Source of the DNA: Adineta vaga
Lineage: Eukaryota; Animalia; Rotifera
Assembly: GCA_021613535.1 (NCBI GenBank)
Contig: CP075496.1
Span: forward strand, 1,984,001-2,048,000
Direction: 5' to 3'
DNA length: 64,000 bases
Part shown: positions 38,882 through 51,946 of the stretch, one piece after another
Numbering within the stretch: the stretch's first letter is position 1
Layout: the number at the start of each line of letters is the position of its first letter
Notes under the pieces: model-generated
Told to the model about the DNA's origin: nothing
Databases searched by the model: none
Seen by the model: only the letters and a program-made list of their open reading frames with translations
Position numbers and translations under genes: made by a program

Positions 38882-39881
38882 ATTAACCTACAATGATATT
38901 AAAGAAAAGGATTTCATTCATACATTATCTTTCCTGATCATATGTACATATACTCACAGTTATTAGTTACTTATCTATCTAGATTGGATAGTATATATTA
39001 AGTATAAGAAGAAAAAAAAAGAAATCTTCTACTTATGATGTGTTAATACTATTCTATTTTCCGTTTTCTTTCTTTCTTCTGGATAGGTTAGATTGTCGAG
39101 TGGTTTTTTGTGTATGGTTTTTTTCCTATCTATTCTTTTTTTTTCTTTTAATCGACCTTGTACATAACAACAACAACATATATTACCGACAAGAATTTCT
39201 TAAAGGAAAGCAAAGAAACAGAGAGAGAGAGAAAAAGCAAGTTAACCATCTTCGACTTGGTATTATTACCGATAATGGTGCCATTAACTGTGCAGAAAAA
39301 CAACGAAAATATCATCATGACAAGAGCAATGATGTGGGTTTTCTTCTTCGATCGTATCCTTATTGTTCTGTCATTTAGTGCGAGAAAAAGTCTTTGCCCA
39401 AACTATTTTTACTAGATCGAAGAGAACGAGAGAAAAAATACGAGAAATTCTCAGTTGTTTTTGTTGTCATCGAATGCAGTTATTCGCTAGTGGGGTTGAC
39501 GCATCTATAAATAAACACATAAAATAACAACATATTTGTATGTATCGCAAAAAATATGTTCACGAAAATATTAAAAAAATCTTTTTCGTGTGTATCGTTG
39601 TTGAATAGAGAAAAGTATGTATGATAAAATCTTCACTATACTAATGAACAATATATGTTCAGATAAGATCAATGTTTGATATGACAAGACAACTGGTAAA
39701 AGATGGATATGATGCTTTGTTTAATAAACATAATCGGAGTCATGATTAGTTATTTATATCTATGATGCATATTCGAAAGATCATCTTTATTCTTTGAGTA
39801 TTTATTTATATGAAGAGAAAAAAAGAACTGCATGATATATGTTAATTAAGAAGTGTCAGAAAAAGTTTCTCTTTATAGTCA

Positions 39882-41368
39882 TTATACATGTGTTTGTTCT
39901 GAGCTGGGTTGCATCACAAGTTGACCAGCCACATTCGGTACTTTAACAATAATAACTTTAGTTGATGGTGGTTGCTGCTGCTGTTGTTGATGCGTAATGA
40001 CTTTCGTGGTTGGAATTGGTACACGTCTAACAACGACACTTTCAGTTATATTCGATCGTGTACTTGGTATAATATCGCTTTGACTACTACGCAAAGTTGA
40101 ATTTGCTACTGGACGATCGAATGAAGTAAATGTTCCTCGATTTCGAAGAGCTTTTTCCTCATCTTCAGAAGTAAAATATATTAAATCTTGCCGTGTTGTT
40201 TGATTTGTTCGTTGCATTGGTCGAGAAACCGCTACATATTCTTGAAGTGGTGTTGCCACGACTGGTTGATTTTGTGCCGGAAATGTTATTAAATCTTGTT
40301 GAGTTGGTTTCGTTGTTATTGTTTGATATTGTACTGGATTACTATTTCCTATACAGACAAAACAATCACTATCACATCAGGAAAGATAAAAAAATCAAGG
40401 ATTACCTGTCCTTAATTGTGTTGGTTCAACAACAGAAGTCACTATTGGTTCGGGAGGTGGGCCAGATAATGAATACATAACTGGTTGATTATCAACATAA
40501 TCAACGATTGGTGGATTAACATAGGTAGTTTTCGATGTTGATGGATTAACATAAGTATTTTTCGTACTTTGTCCACCATTACTTGTACTTAATGGTCCAA
40601 AACTATTATGTGATGCCACAAAACTATTATTTAATTGTCCAGAATTATTATTTATTGAACGAGTATTATTTCGATTAGGATTATTATCATTATTTCCGAT
40701 ATACATTTGACTACCACTATCCATTAAATTTTCAATATTTTTTTGACCATCTTTTTCGGGATTTTTACGATAATCTTGAGCATAAAAAAAATTCTTCTCT
40801 TTCTTCTGCTTCCATGGTCGTTTATGTGTTTGCTTAAAGATAGTTAAAATAATTAGAATTATTCCGACTATACACGTCACGACACCAAGTACGATTCCAC
40901 CAATTTTAAATCCTGTTGTTGAACTATCAGTATCTATAAATATACAATTAATAAATGTTCGAAATAACAAAGAATAAACTTACTAAAATAAACTATACAC
41001 AAAGCTATTCCACCTAATAGAAAAGCAAAATCTAGTTGAATTCGAGCATACGAAAAGATTTGGACAGACCTGCTCCAATTAATACACAAATAACCAATAA
41101 AATAAATAGAAATACAGTACAACATTTATCGCATCGTCCTCGAACTCTTTGTTGTGTTGGTTCCCTTTTAATCACTTGTCCATTTTGACCATTTAGTCCA
41201 AAATGATCTTTTGTTTTATCGAATAACTACGAAATAAAATACGAAAATCTTTTTTAAATAAAACAAATTTCTATTTAATTTTCCTGTACATACATCTAAA
41301 TTTCCTGATGTAGATGCATACGAATCAGAACCTGCATTTTTATATCCTCTCGGTGCTGCTTTAGACAT
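39882..41368 (-). CDS. Hypothetical membrane protein with two hydrophobic segments and an N/P/T/Q-rich tail
   Basis: MSKAAPRG start, CCTVFLFILLVICVLIGAGGIALCIVYF and IGGIVLGVVTCIVGIILIILTIF TM-like segments; spliced model plausible. Confidence 0.65.
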
Positions 41369-42439
41369 TGAAGTTGTTCGTTATGTGTACGAATACAAGA
41401 AGCCGAGATAAACACAGTGTTTTTAAAACATCCACCTGCTTCGTCTGTGAATTGTGTTACGATGTAAATACGATTTAACGTTTCTTACAAAAACAACATT
41501 ACGATCAATTTTTAAAAGACTAATGCTTTGTTTTAATGTCGTGCAAACAAAAAAACGAACAGAAAGCAAGACAAATACATTCTTTTTGGATCAAAGAAAC
41601 AAACGTTAGGAGAGTTTATTATTAGACAAACTATGTTTCTTCTCAGATGAAAAATAGAACGAATTTCAAATTATTTATGAATAATCACGAACAAAATCTC
41701 ACCCTAGCATATATACTTTACTGTACATTACGTCGATTGACATATGCCAGGTTTTTCACCTCTGCGATCACTTAGAGATCTAGAATTATAGAAGCTAGGA
41801 TAATTTTTACATTTATAATAACTAATACTATTTACATAATCTTTTAATCATACAATTAATCAACTAAATCATAATAAAGAAGTAAATAGCATCCACCACA
41901 TATCTTGATTGATCGACATTTGAAAATCATTCATTTTATTTTATTTTATAAAATCAGATGTTGCTTTTAAGTTTACACAAAAAAATAGAACACTATACAC
42001 AGATAAGGAAAAAAAGAAAATCCCGAAATTAACACTTGATTGAGAAAACATGACAAAAGATACAAATACAAGAGAGGAAGAACAGAAAAGGCACACCAAA
42101 ATTCTATAAAATGGAAGAATTAAAGCTTTCGAACAAGTTCTTGATGGTGACTTGATGATAAATGAGCAAATAAATCTGATGTATAATTGACATCTATATC
42201 ATGTAGTTCATAAGTTATCTGATACATCAATACTCTACTGAAAAGATTCCTTCTCATCATCAAGTGGAATGAATTGAACTAAATCAAATATTTGAATGAA
42301 AGTGAATGCTTTACTTTTATTTTTATTCTTACTCGATCCCATATCACCATTCTAAAATAATTATTACGATTTAGTGGTCGTTCTGCTTCGAGTAATCTAT
42401 TATATCGCAAAATCAATTCAATTTAATGAATGATGATAA

Positions 42440-42760
42440 AAATAACAATGCTCAATTCATTTGTTTAGAAATTTGATTGATCTAGAACAACAGACAGAAA
42501 ATAGTTCATGATAATCAATGGAAGAAAGAGAAGCAAACATACTTGAACAAGATCTTCAGTTGATATTTGCTTGTCTAATTCAATATCCATATCTTGATCA
42601 CGATAGAGAAAAGTAGTTGTTACTACTGGATTGAAATGTAAACCACAGAGAAGACCCGTCTTTGTTTTACCTTCTTCGTCAAGTCTAAATGATAAAAAAA
42701 GAGTTCGATCGATTGTCATCATCGTTTGTTTCATACCTTAATTCAAACAGAACACTTCGT
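42440..42760 (-). pseudogene. Probable relic of a TDRD9/spindle-E C-terminal region
   Basis: Spliced FELR|LDEEGKTKTGLLCGLHFNP...LYRDQDMDIELDKQISTEDLVQ|INQISKQMN* resembles the TDRD9 C-terminal motif as I recall it; stop right after and no helicase exons upstream. Confidence 0.5.
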
Positions 42761-45036
42761 CGTATTTGTCAAAGATGAAAAACGAATGAACTAGATGACT
42801 GTTGAGATGGAAATGTATCATATCTCGGTACATGGTATCAGAAGCGGCATATCAGAATGTAATGCAACGACTTTGAATTTGAGTTAGTAGGAAAAACACC
42901 GATGTGATTTCTTATAAAAAAATTACGTATTTTATGCACTAGTATAAGTACCAGTAGAAATAACTAAAATGGAAATCGTTTAATAATAGGAGTGGTACAG
43001 ATGCAGAAAGTTGAAAATACCGACGAAACTATCAAATATTCTATTCATTTTCGTTGAAGATTGTGTGATGCATTGACATTATAAATGTGTTTTCTATGTC
43101 ATTGTTATGACCTCATCCTATATTGTATTCATTCAAAATCTGCTTTGATATGACTAAATGTTGTGAATCATTTCATACTTTTCTTCGGATAGATATTTTC
43201 TTCCGATACACACAACCGAAGTCACATACACTAAATACATAAGATCTTCTATTCTTTCTTTTCTTTTCTTTCTGTTGTACGATGTTATTATTAAACTGGC
43301 CAGGTTCGTCTCCATAAACCACAACCGACTAAGACCTCGATAATGACTCCACGTTGTTTTTTCACTACTTGCTATATGTTGATAACATATATAAATACGG
43401 TTTATTTTGTAAAATAGGATAGTTGCTTTCTCAAACGATTTTATTTTTTCAAATTAACCGTTCTACATCAACAAATACAAGTAGGTGAAACTTCTCTTTT
43501 TCATCAGTGCTTTGTAATAAAGAAAATGTTTAAGAAGTGCGAAAAGATACGTTGTGTTAGTTGCTACATGTTACTATAATAACACAAAATATAAAACAAA
43601 GAAGTGACTAAGGAAATATTCTCATCAAAAATGACGACAGAGGACTGACTGAGACACGAAATGAAACTTGATACTTACACTATCGATGCTATTAAGCTAT
43701 CCTGTAAGTAATGAAGCCAAACTAACGCTGTAGTAAACGCAAAAAATTAAATGCTGGAAATTTCGTAACGGAAGAGAAAAAAATTAGAAGATCCTTATTC
43801 AAAATAATAGTTATTCCAGCTTAGAACTTTGAATTTGATTCGAAAACTAAAACTTAATCGAGCAAAAGAGCAGCAAGAATATATTACAAAACCTATCATT
43901 CACCCAATTAAACCATCGCGAGTTTTACATTTGGTACCGTTCCTATTCCGATTGCAACTAAATAAATAGTTATTACAATTAACAAAACATATGATATTCT
44001 CACTTAGAAAAGCTTACTATGTTCTGAAATGTAACGAAGGAAAAAATGTCATACATCATAAAATCGAGTCACTTGTTCCGTCTATAATGCCTTCTAAAAA
44101 CGAACACTAGATAAAAAAATGGCTTACTCGTCATGATCAAATCGTAAATCAAGCGAAAGATATTTTCCTAGAACGATCAGATGCAACAAAATTTCACCTA
44201 ACGTCAATAAATGATGTATAAAATCGATAATATTTCAAAAATGAAAAGACAGACAAATCTTACTTTATTTGATATCATATTGGACCATATCGACGACATT
44301 TCATTATAATGAGCCACTAAAATAAGTATCAATCACTGCGAGCAGTGTCTACGATCAATCAGCCCAACTTTAAAAAGCCAAAACATACTAAAAAGTCGTA
44401 GTGTATTCGATTTCATAATAGATTCTACCAATAATATTTTCTACTCGAAAAATAACTTACGACACCTTCCTTGATACTATAAATACGTCGATTCATTTCA
44501 TACAGGAGAATCTAAATGAAACTAAACGTTTATTCTAGAGAAAGGTGTAATAATATTGATTACTTTGACGCAAGGAAAAATAACTGAAAGCAGTGATTGA
44601 TCCGAGAGAAGATGTATTCGTATCGATCGATTCGAGAAAAGTCGATTTCGTATTGATTGATTGTATTCAGCGAAACGTTGAAGATTCTGATGACTGCTTC
44701 CCAAAGAATGCGTGTTGATATTAAGCATTCGATGCAACAAAACATAAACGAAAGCATGGATAGTTCGGATGACAAATCAAGTTGAGGTTGATTGATTTGA
44801 TGTAGCAGAACTTAGAATAAAACGATAAATGTGTTGATGAGATGCCGTGTTGGTTTTGTTTAAGAAGATGGAGCAGATTTTTGGAGATGTGAATGATTGT
44901 TTTAAGAACAGGTTGTGTTTGTAATGGTTCAAAATATTCTTCAGATCCTTGGTGATTCCAATGACTGTTTCGAGAAAAATTCATTTTGTTGTTGAAAATC
45001 GTGTAAATGATGTCGAATATTTATTTTTTTTGCAGA

Positions 45037-46533
45037 ATGTCCGCAACAGTTGCAAGTGTGACGAAGGTGTTGAAGAAGAGTAAAATCCATCTCATTGATG
45101 GCAATTCAGATGTCATCAATGAATGTCTTCGACGACATCTCCGGAAATTGGAGAAGGCGGGTAAAAGAAAAACCAAAACTGGTCGTGCCATGGTTACTGC
45201 AGGTCCAACCAAATTGGCATTCGTAATTTATTTTGAGAATGGAGGTAAATTGAACTGAAATTTGAAAATGAGTTAAAAGACACTGTTTCTTACTTTAGTC
45301 ATCGAACCAAAGGTTTCAAATATACGTCGAACACCGCCAGGATCACCGTCTATTCGTTCACGGTGGATTCGACGTCGTTGCCTTTGGTCTCACTTCCACC
45401 TGCGACAGCTTCTCCACTACCGCCACCACCACCTGAGACAGCTTCTCCACTACCACCATCACCACCAGCTTTGACGATTGATGCACCATCTTCATCCGCT
45501 GTTGTTCCATCATCTCCGCTAAATGGTGCTCAATCCTTTTTACCTCCTACAACTGGTGTCATGCAATGGTCTCCACCAAATGTTGCTGCACCGCTTCAAT
45601 CATTTCCATCAGTTGCTGATGCACTTGATCTTGTTCCATCATCGTTACCAGCTGTGGATGCACCTGCTCCTGGTCAGCTGATTTGTTCAATTAGCCACGT
45701 AAATATAGATTTTTTCAATTATATTCTAAAACTAAAGACGAAACAAAAGTTTATGAAAAAGATCAAAGTTCTATACCGATACAAATAGACGAACAATTTT
45801 CGTGACGGTAGTATTGTTGAAATGTGGAGCATATAAAATGATTGTGTCTTCTAAAGAAATATAAACGAAGTAATGATTCCAGAGTCATTACTTGTCATAC
45901 GTTGAAAAAACGTGATATTATTTAATGTTTGACAGTTTTCGGACATAGCGTTGACTTTTGCGAATAATAAATGTCTTTGTGGCACTTGTCATTGTCTGAT
46001 TTCTCTTCTAGGAACGAAAACCTGCGTGGCTGATTGAACTACACAAGAAACATAGTGCTGCTTTGTTTCCAGTTGATATTGAGTCGGAGCGATTGAATGG
46101 TGATTATGAAACCACTCAAGATAAACTTGATGCAGCAACTGAAATGATAAAGTTGAATAATGAAGAAAAGAAGCAGTTGGATGAAGATAAAAAGGTGGTC
46201 GATATTAAATTAATGGTACTGGATGAAGAAAGCCGAGAGGATGAAACTGCAAAGGAGAATTACAAATTTCAATCCATGCAGATACGCAAGAAGATCGGTC
46301 AGATGCAAGCATTGCGGACGGAAACAGATAAGGACTGGCTTGATCTGATCGATGACTATCTTCGACAACATGGAATGGATTGTTATCGGTAAGAATGATC
46401 TATAATAGAATATTCGAATTTACGAATAAAAATTTGCTTACTTAATCGTTCTTTTATTGATTCTATTTTCAGTCGACGTGTGCTACCAAACAAGGCGGCA
46501 GTTAAACGTTTGAATACTGGTGGTAATCATTGA
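45037..46533 (+). CDS. Orphan gene: basic N-terminus, Pro/Ser-rich middle, acidic coiled-coil C-terminus; apparent 1-nt deletion(s)
   Basis: Acceptor just before ATG 45037 and canonical introns; exons 45037-45244, about 45299-45672, 46012-46388 and 46473-46533. A homologous decayed copy at 48.2-49.3 kb supports the exon structure; small middle exons are uncertain. Confidence 0.6.
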
Positions 46534-48180
46534 ACATTCCATCTAATTGTTTTCCTTGCTTTTGTTTTGCGTGTGCGGACATCACTACCTTTCAATAATT
46601 GCTTTGTATTATTCAATCCGTTTTTCGATTTGTAAATTTAATAATAGAAAACTTGTTTTTTTTAATTTGTTAATTAATTGTAATAAAAAATAATTTTATC
46701 ATTATTGGAGAATAAGAAAAATAATTCTTTTAAACCAGTCATTATTGGAATGGTTCATAAGATTCACATATTTTATCAATCATCGTAACACGATCGAAGA
46801 TAGAGCTGTTCTAAATTCATAGATTCAGTTTAACAAATCTCTAAATGGAATAAAAGAAAGAAACATAGAAAACAAATTTTTAAACAAATAAATCCTCACA
46901 TACTTTTGTTAACAAATGCCACGATCATTTCTATTGATTGATTCATATTCCATTTAATACTATTGAGTAAAATAATTTCTGTAAGCTGAAAAGTATGTTT
47001 TCATAAACCCTTTATCTGTATGGATACACACGAACAGTAACACCAACATCGAATCGAATGTAGATAAAATAGGAATAAACTATGGATACAATTCCATAAA
47101 ATTCTATTGGTTTTTCTCTCAGATGATTAAAAGATGAACAAAAAATACTGTCGTTAGCGTACATTTGAATATTGATTGATCGATACAGACACTATATATC
47201 TAACATAGGAACGAAACAGTCTAGTTATCTCTTTGCCTTTATGGAGAATTGAGGCGGAACATAAACAACAATGATAAATAGTTTATTTTAATACTGAATT
47301 TATCTAACAATGCCGAAATACTTTAAATGCAGAGTTATTCGAAACAAGTATAGTTAGGAGCGTTTCACACTACCAACAGTCGTAATTAATGTTCAGATAT
47401 ACATACTCTATTTAATACTATCTTATTTTCAAATATAGACCTTCTACTACTCTTTTGGCATTGTTTAATATTGATAAAAATTATAGAAAATGGTCGAAAA
47501 AACGAAATCAAAACAAAAATCCAGTAGCACCAGTGGTACATGAAATGAAACTAAATATATTGTATATTACGAGAATTAAATACTCCAATACTGTTGCTCA
47601 TCATTGTTGAAGATGTTCTGTCTAGTCAAACCATTAGGCTTGTGATTGAAAAAAAGTACCATTTGTCGGCAAGAACCGAATGCGTGATCGTGGTATCGCA
47701 CTTCTCAATGGTTGGTATAAGGTAAAATTGAGCATGTTATTTATGTCGATTGAAACTATTTGGAAATTATCTAAAGATCGTGGGTGATAGATAAGTTGAT
47801 GTTTTTAGTATACGACACGTTTTCTAAAAATTAGACGCATAAAACGCATATCACCGTATTGAACGGACTTCTGATCAATACCGTTTTTTGCTTTTGCTTG
47901 TTCATATTAGAACTATGACAGATCAGTTCGTATTAAAAGATTTGCTACCTAGCTCCTAAGATCGGAACTAATATGAAACTGTCTCGTAGCTAGTCTAGAA
48001 TGAACAACTACTCTTATGAAAAAAAGCAAACAATACATGATGGAGATTATTTAAACTGTGGTGCTCAAGTCAGTAAAGTATTGTATATCTGTAAATATAT
48101 TGATTTTTTAATGAATTACAGGAAAGAATTAATTAAGTATTCATAAAATTTGGCACTTATTTTCTTTCCAATCTTTCAGA

Positions 48181-49330
48181 ATGTCCACAACTGCACAAAC
48201 TGGTTCGAAGATACCTATATTGGAAAAAGGGTCGGAATTGATTGGAAGATTTCGATGATTTTTTATGATAAATATTGCTTCAATCTTCTTATTAATCTTT
48301 AAAACATTTCAGTTGAAAACGATGATTTTTCTGAGACTTCCAGACCGATTCCAGTGCTTTTTGGGGATCGGAATCATCCGTCTGGGGATTAAAGAACATC
48401 TATATCCATCTCATTGATGGTGATTCCAACGTTATCAATGAATGTTTTCGCTGACATCTTCGTAAATTGGAGATGGTATCTAAACGAAAAAGGATAATGG
48501 AGGTAAGATAAAAGAAGACGAGAAATAAATCCAATTATCTGTATCTCTCACTTTAGTCATTAAGCCAAAGAGACCAATTACACGTCGAACACTACGTGTA
48601 TCAATGTCGTTACCGTTGGTCTCAATTCCACTATCTCAACTAGCCATCGCTGCGCTTGATCAAGTTCAGCCTATTTCTTCAATTAGCAAAGTAAGCATTA
48701 ATACATATGTTCGTTTATCTTCCAAAACTAAATGCAAAATAAAATTCTGTGTCAAAGATCAGAATTACATACTATCAGATATAGATAAAACATTCTCGCC
48801 ATGTAAAATGTCTTGATGTGTAAAGTATATTGGAAGTTATTTTGTCTGTTGAGAAAGATGCACATGTTCTTGTTACCCTCATCATCATCATCGACCAATT
48901 TTTCTTTAGGGAAAGTGAGCCCACATGAGTAGTTGAAATTCCAAAAAATTATCGTGATGCTCTGGATTCGATCGATATTGAGCTGGATCAATTAAAAATA
49001 CCCATGAAAATAACAAAAATAAATTTGACCCAGCAACGAAAAGGATTAAAATAAATGGTGAAGAATGATTCAATCATAGAAAATTAAAAAAGACAAGAAA
49101 AACTATGAATATTAATCCATGTAAATTTGTAAGAAGATTGGTCAGATGCAAGCACTCCTCGACAAATACAAATAGAAACAGATTTGATCTGATCGGTTAA
49201 TATCTTGAGAATCGTGGCATGCATCTTTATCGGTAAGTCTTATCTACCGTTCAATATTCAAGTTTAATTTTAATGAATAATTAATATATTTAATCGCCTT
49301 TTTCAATTTTATTTTCAGTCGAGATGTCAT
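48181..49330 (+). pseudogene. Decayed tandem copy of the 45.0-46.5 kb orphan gene
   Basis: Direct nucleotide matches (atccatctcattgatgg, aagaagat.ggtcagatgcaagcac, tatcggtaag) at the same splice sites, with an in-frame TGA, deletions and an insertion. Confidence 0.85.
48203..48387. mobile_element. About 185-bp insertion (MITE-like remnant) in exon 1 of the pseudogene
   Basis: Segment absent from the intact paralog; right end gatcggaatcatccgtctggg resembles the terminus of the 49648 element. Confidence 0.5.
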
Positions 49331-49647
49331 TTTCATCAAAATGAGGAAACAAGTGACGCTCATCCGTAGGCTTCGCTGACCCCTCACTGAAAGAACTATA
49401 ATGATGATTAACGTATCTATATTCTTTAAAAAACTCTCTTAGATAGAAGAAACACTCGTCAAAATTTCTTTTCTTGATTTTATGTTTTGATTTTGTTCAG
49501 CATCATTGAAAACCTCGAGATTCAAATTTTAGCGCATCTGGTTGAACGAATAAAAAAATACATCAATTTTAATGACAACCGCTCCCGAAACTATTTTGAG
49601 ATTTGTCAAAAAATATGTCCTGAAATCGAGATTTATTTGGACTCTAA

Positions 49648-49744
49648 CCCAGGTCGACCAATCGGATACTCGAATCCGATCGGATCCCATGCCGGATTCA
49701 ATCGGAATCCAATGATCCGACAATATCGGATTTGTCGACCTGAG
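49648..49744. mobile_element. 97-bp palindromic MITE-like element
   Basis: 21-nt TIRs: cccaggtcgaccaatcggata versus the reverse complement ctcaggtcgacaaatccgata (3 mismatches); internal GGAT/ATCC-rich, GC-rich sequence. Confidence 0.75.
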
Positions 49745-51309
49745 AGGAGCTTTATGAAATTAGTCGTTTAATATACTAAAAGATACAGCATCGAAAACTG
49801 AACAAAATCCTCTATTTAGTTATTCTCTTTCTGTGAACCGATCGGTACTAGTCGAACATTAAAAATACGTAAATTTGATAAATATAATGATATTAATTGT
49901 TTCTATCTATTCTCTGAAAGAAAAAAAAGGAGTGTTCCAAAAACCTTTTTGGGTTCTGCAACATCTCCAGAACCAGAAAAAGTTCTGTATGACATATGAG
50001 AAACCAAGAAAGGTTCTGGGCAACAATTCTGAACTACGAAAGGTTTTGTCCGACAATTCTAAACTATGAAGAGTTCTGTCAGTCATCCCTTAAACTACAG
50101 AAGGTTTAGTTATTTTTCTACTGAACCTTAAAAACTCCTTAGTGAGACGAAACTGAATCCAGTTGGTTCGGTAGTACAACTGAAGAACTTTAAAAAGTTC
50201 TGTTTTATTTATTTTGAACCAAAAGGGTTCTGCCCAAAAATATTCAGTTTGAAAGGTTTCGATCTGATAATATTGAATCATAGAGATTTTTTCCTTCGAC
50301 GTTACTAAACGTAAAGTTTCTTCTCTGAAATCCGCAACCTGATATAGCTGCTCCAGTGAATGTTGGAGTATCGCAAGTTTCCTCAACTGAAGAAGAGAGT
50401 CACACACTCAAAAAATGTATATACGTTCGTTTGTTCATGCAAGTCAACAACAATTTAACAACTTTCTTTTCTCTTTTGAGTTTTGTCATAACAAAAAACG
50501 GAAATGCTTCGCCCATTTGAAGTTGGCAATAACGATCTTAGGTATGAACTGAACAACTTAATGTTTTGCATCGACGATGGTGGGAGTCCACTATCAGTAT
50601 ATGTTTATTCCAAGCAATTTTTCAGTCATCCAAATCTGAGGGAGGTTTTTCTCTTATTACTTACATGTAACAAAATCATGTTCAGGCCAGTTACAAGTTA
50701 ACAGAGAACGACTCTAATATAGCTCAAACTAACTTATATGTTATGTCAACAATAGAGGGTAGGAGTTGATCAGCTCAAGTCCATGAACTCTGATGAAATG
50801 AACTAAAGAACTATTCAAAAGTTTATCATTTCACCGAGCTCAATCTTATAAAAATATTCTTTACGAATAAAATGATCTTTTTCAGCGGTTCCTCTATTCG
50901 ATTATGTAGAGATATCACGCAGTCATCAACTGATAGTATGTAAGGGTATTTGCATACCCTTGAGCATAGAAGATATCTTTATATAATGAGACTAGTAGAC
51001 AGGGACGGGCTGAGGATTCTATAATACTCGAAAACTTAACTTCAAAGCATGGGTCCCGTATGAAACTTGTGAAGGATGATAAGTGACCCAAATGGTGACT
51101 TTTTACCAAAAACATTTTGTGATTGAAGTTTGCGAAAAAAATTCTTTTAATTGCTACACCCAACTTTTGTTTTTGGTTTAAGCAGTACTCAGATTCTTAG
51201 AATTTCATCCACAGATTTCAAGTCTTTCAGAAGCTATCAAGAGATATATTCAATACGACTTGTTCAATCCCTCTTTCTATTCGGACAGCTTTCGAAACTA
51301 AATATCACA

Positions 51310-51680
51310 TGAAATATTTCTTATTGTTGTATAGGTACATATCGATATCTGATTAAGAGTAAGTAATATTTCTAATACGAAATGAAACATTCTCTGTTAT
51401 CATTTAGGTTTGTATAGATATGTGAGTAAAAATGAGTTATTTTCAAAACAATATGTTAAATACTTATTGTTATCATTTCGGTTCATAGCCATATCTGATT
51501 AAAGTTGAGTGATATTTTGAATTTTAGATTAAATATTTTCTATTGCTATTTAGATTCAGATCGAAGTCTAACGAAATGTGAGTTATATTTTATATAGAAA
51601 ACTAAATATTTTCTTCTTTTATATTTAGACCGATCTATATTGCAGAGAAATGGTAAGTGGGATATTAGAAACAAAAGTAG
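51310..51680. repeat. Degenerate tandem array, about 5 units of about 73 bp
   Basis: Recurring aaatatt..tattgtta..tt(a)ggt/a..cata..atatctgattaa..gtgagt.atattt units. Confidence 0.55.
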
Positions 51681-51946
51681 AATGATTTTCTTTTTATATC
51701 TAGGTTGATTTGTACACATATTCAATAAGTACTGCAAGTGCGTCTGTTTATATTGCAAGGTCAAAAACAGACTGAGAAAGTGAATTAGGTTAGGGCTGAA
51801 TTGAGCCAATCGGCAGCAAGCAAAAAGCGTGATTCGAATGTAGCTTAATTCCCTTTTTGGTCTATTTGAGATCTTAACATAAACAGACGCACTTGCAACA
51901 CTGGAATATGTGTACAAATCAACCTAGATATAAAGAGAAAATAATT
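51681..51946. repeat. Long inverted repeat (hairpin), about 110-bp arms and about 45-nt loop
   Basis: aatgattttctttttatatctaggttgatttgtacacatattc pairs with gaatatgtgtacaaatcaacctagatataaagagaaaataatt; inner tgcaagtgcgtctgtttat pairs with ataaacagacgcacttgca. Confidence 0.9.

Noticed and set aside
43630-44984. Possible decayed gene fragments
   Set aside because: Short open stretches with stops, no recognisable family and no consistent splice model.
47480-48090. Coding-like fragments such as KKVPFVGKNRMRDRGIALLNGWYK
   Set aside because: Interrupted by stops and unassignable without a database search.
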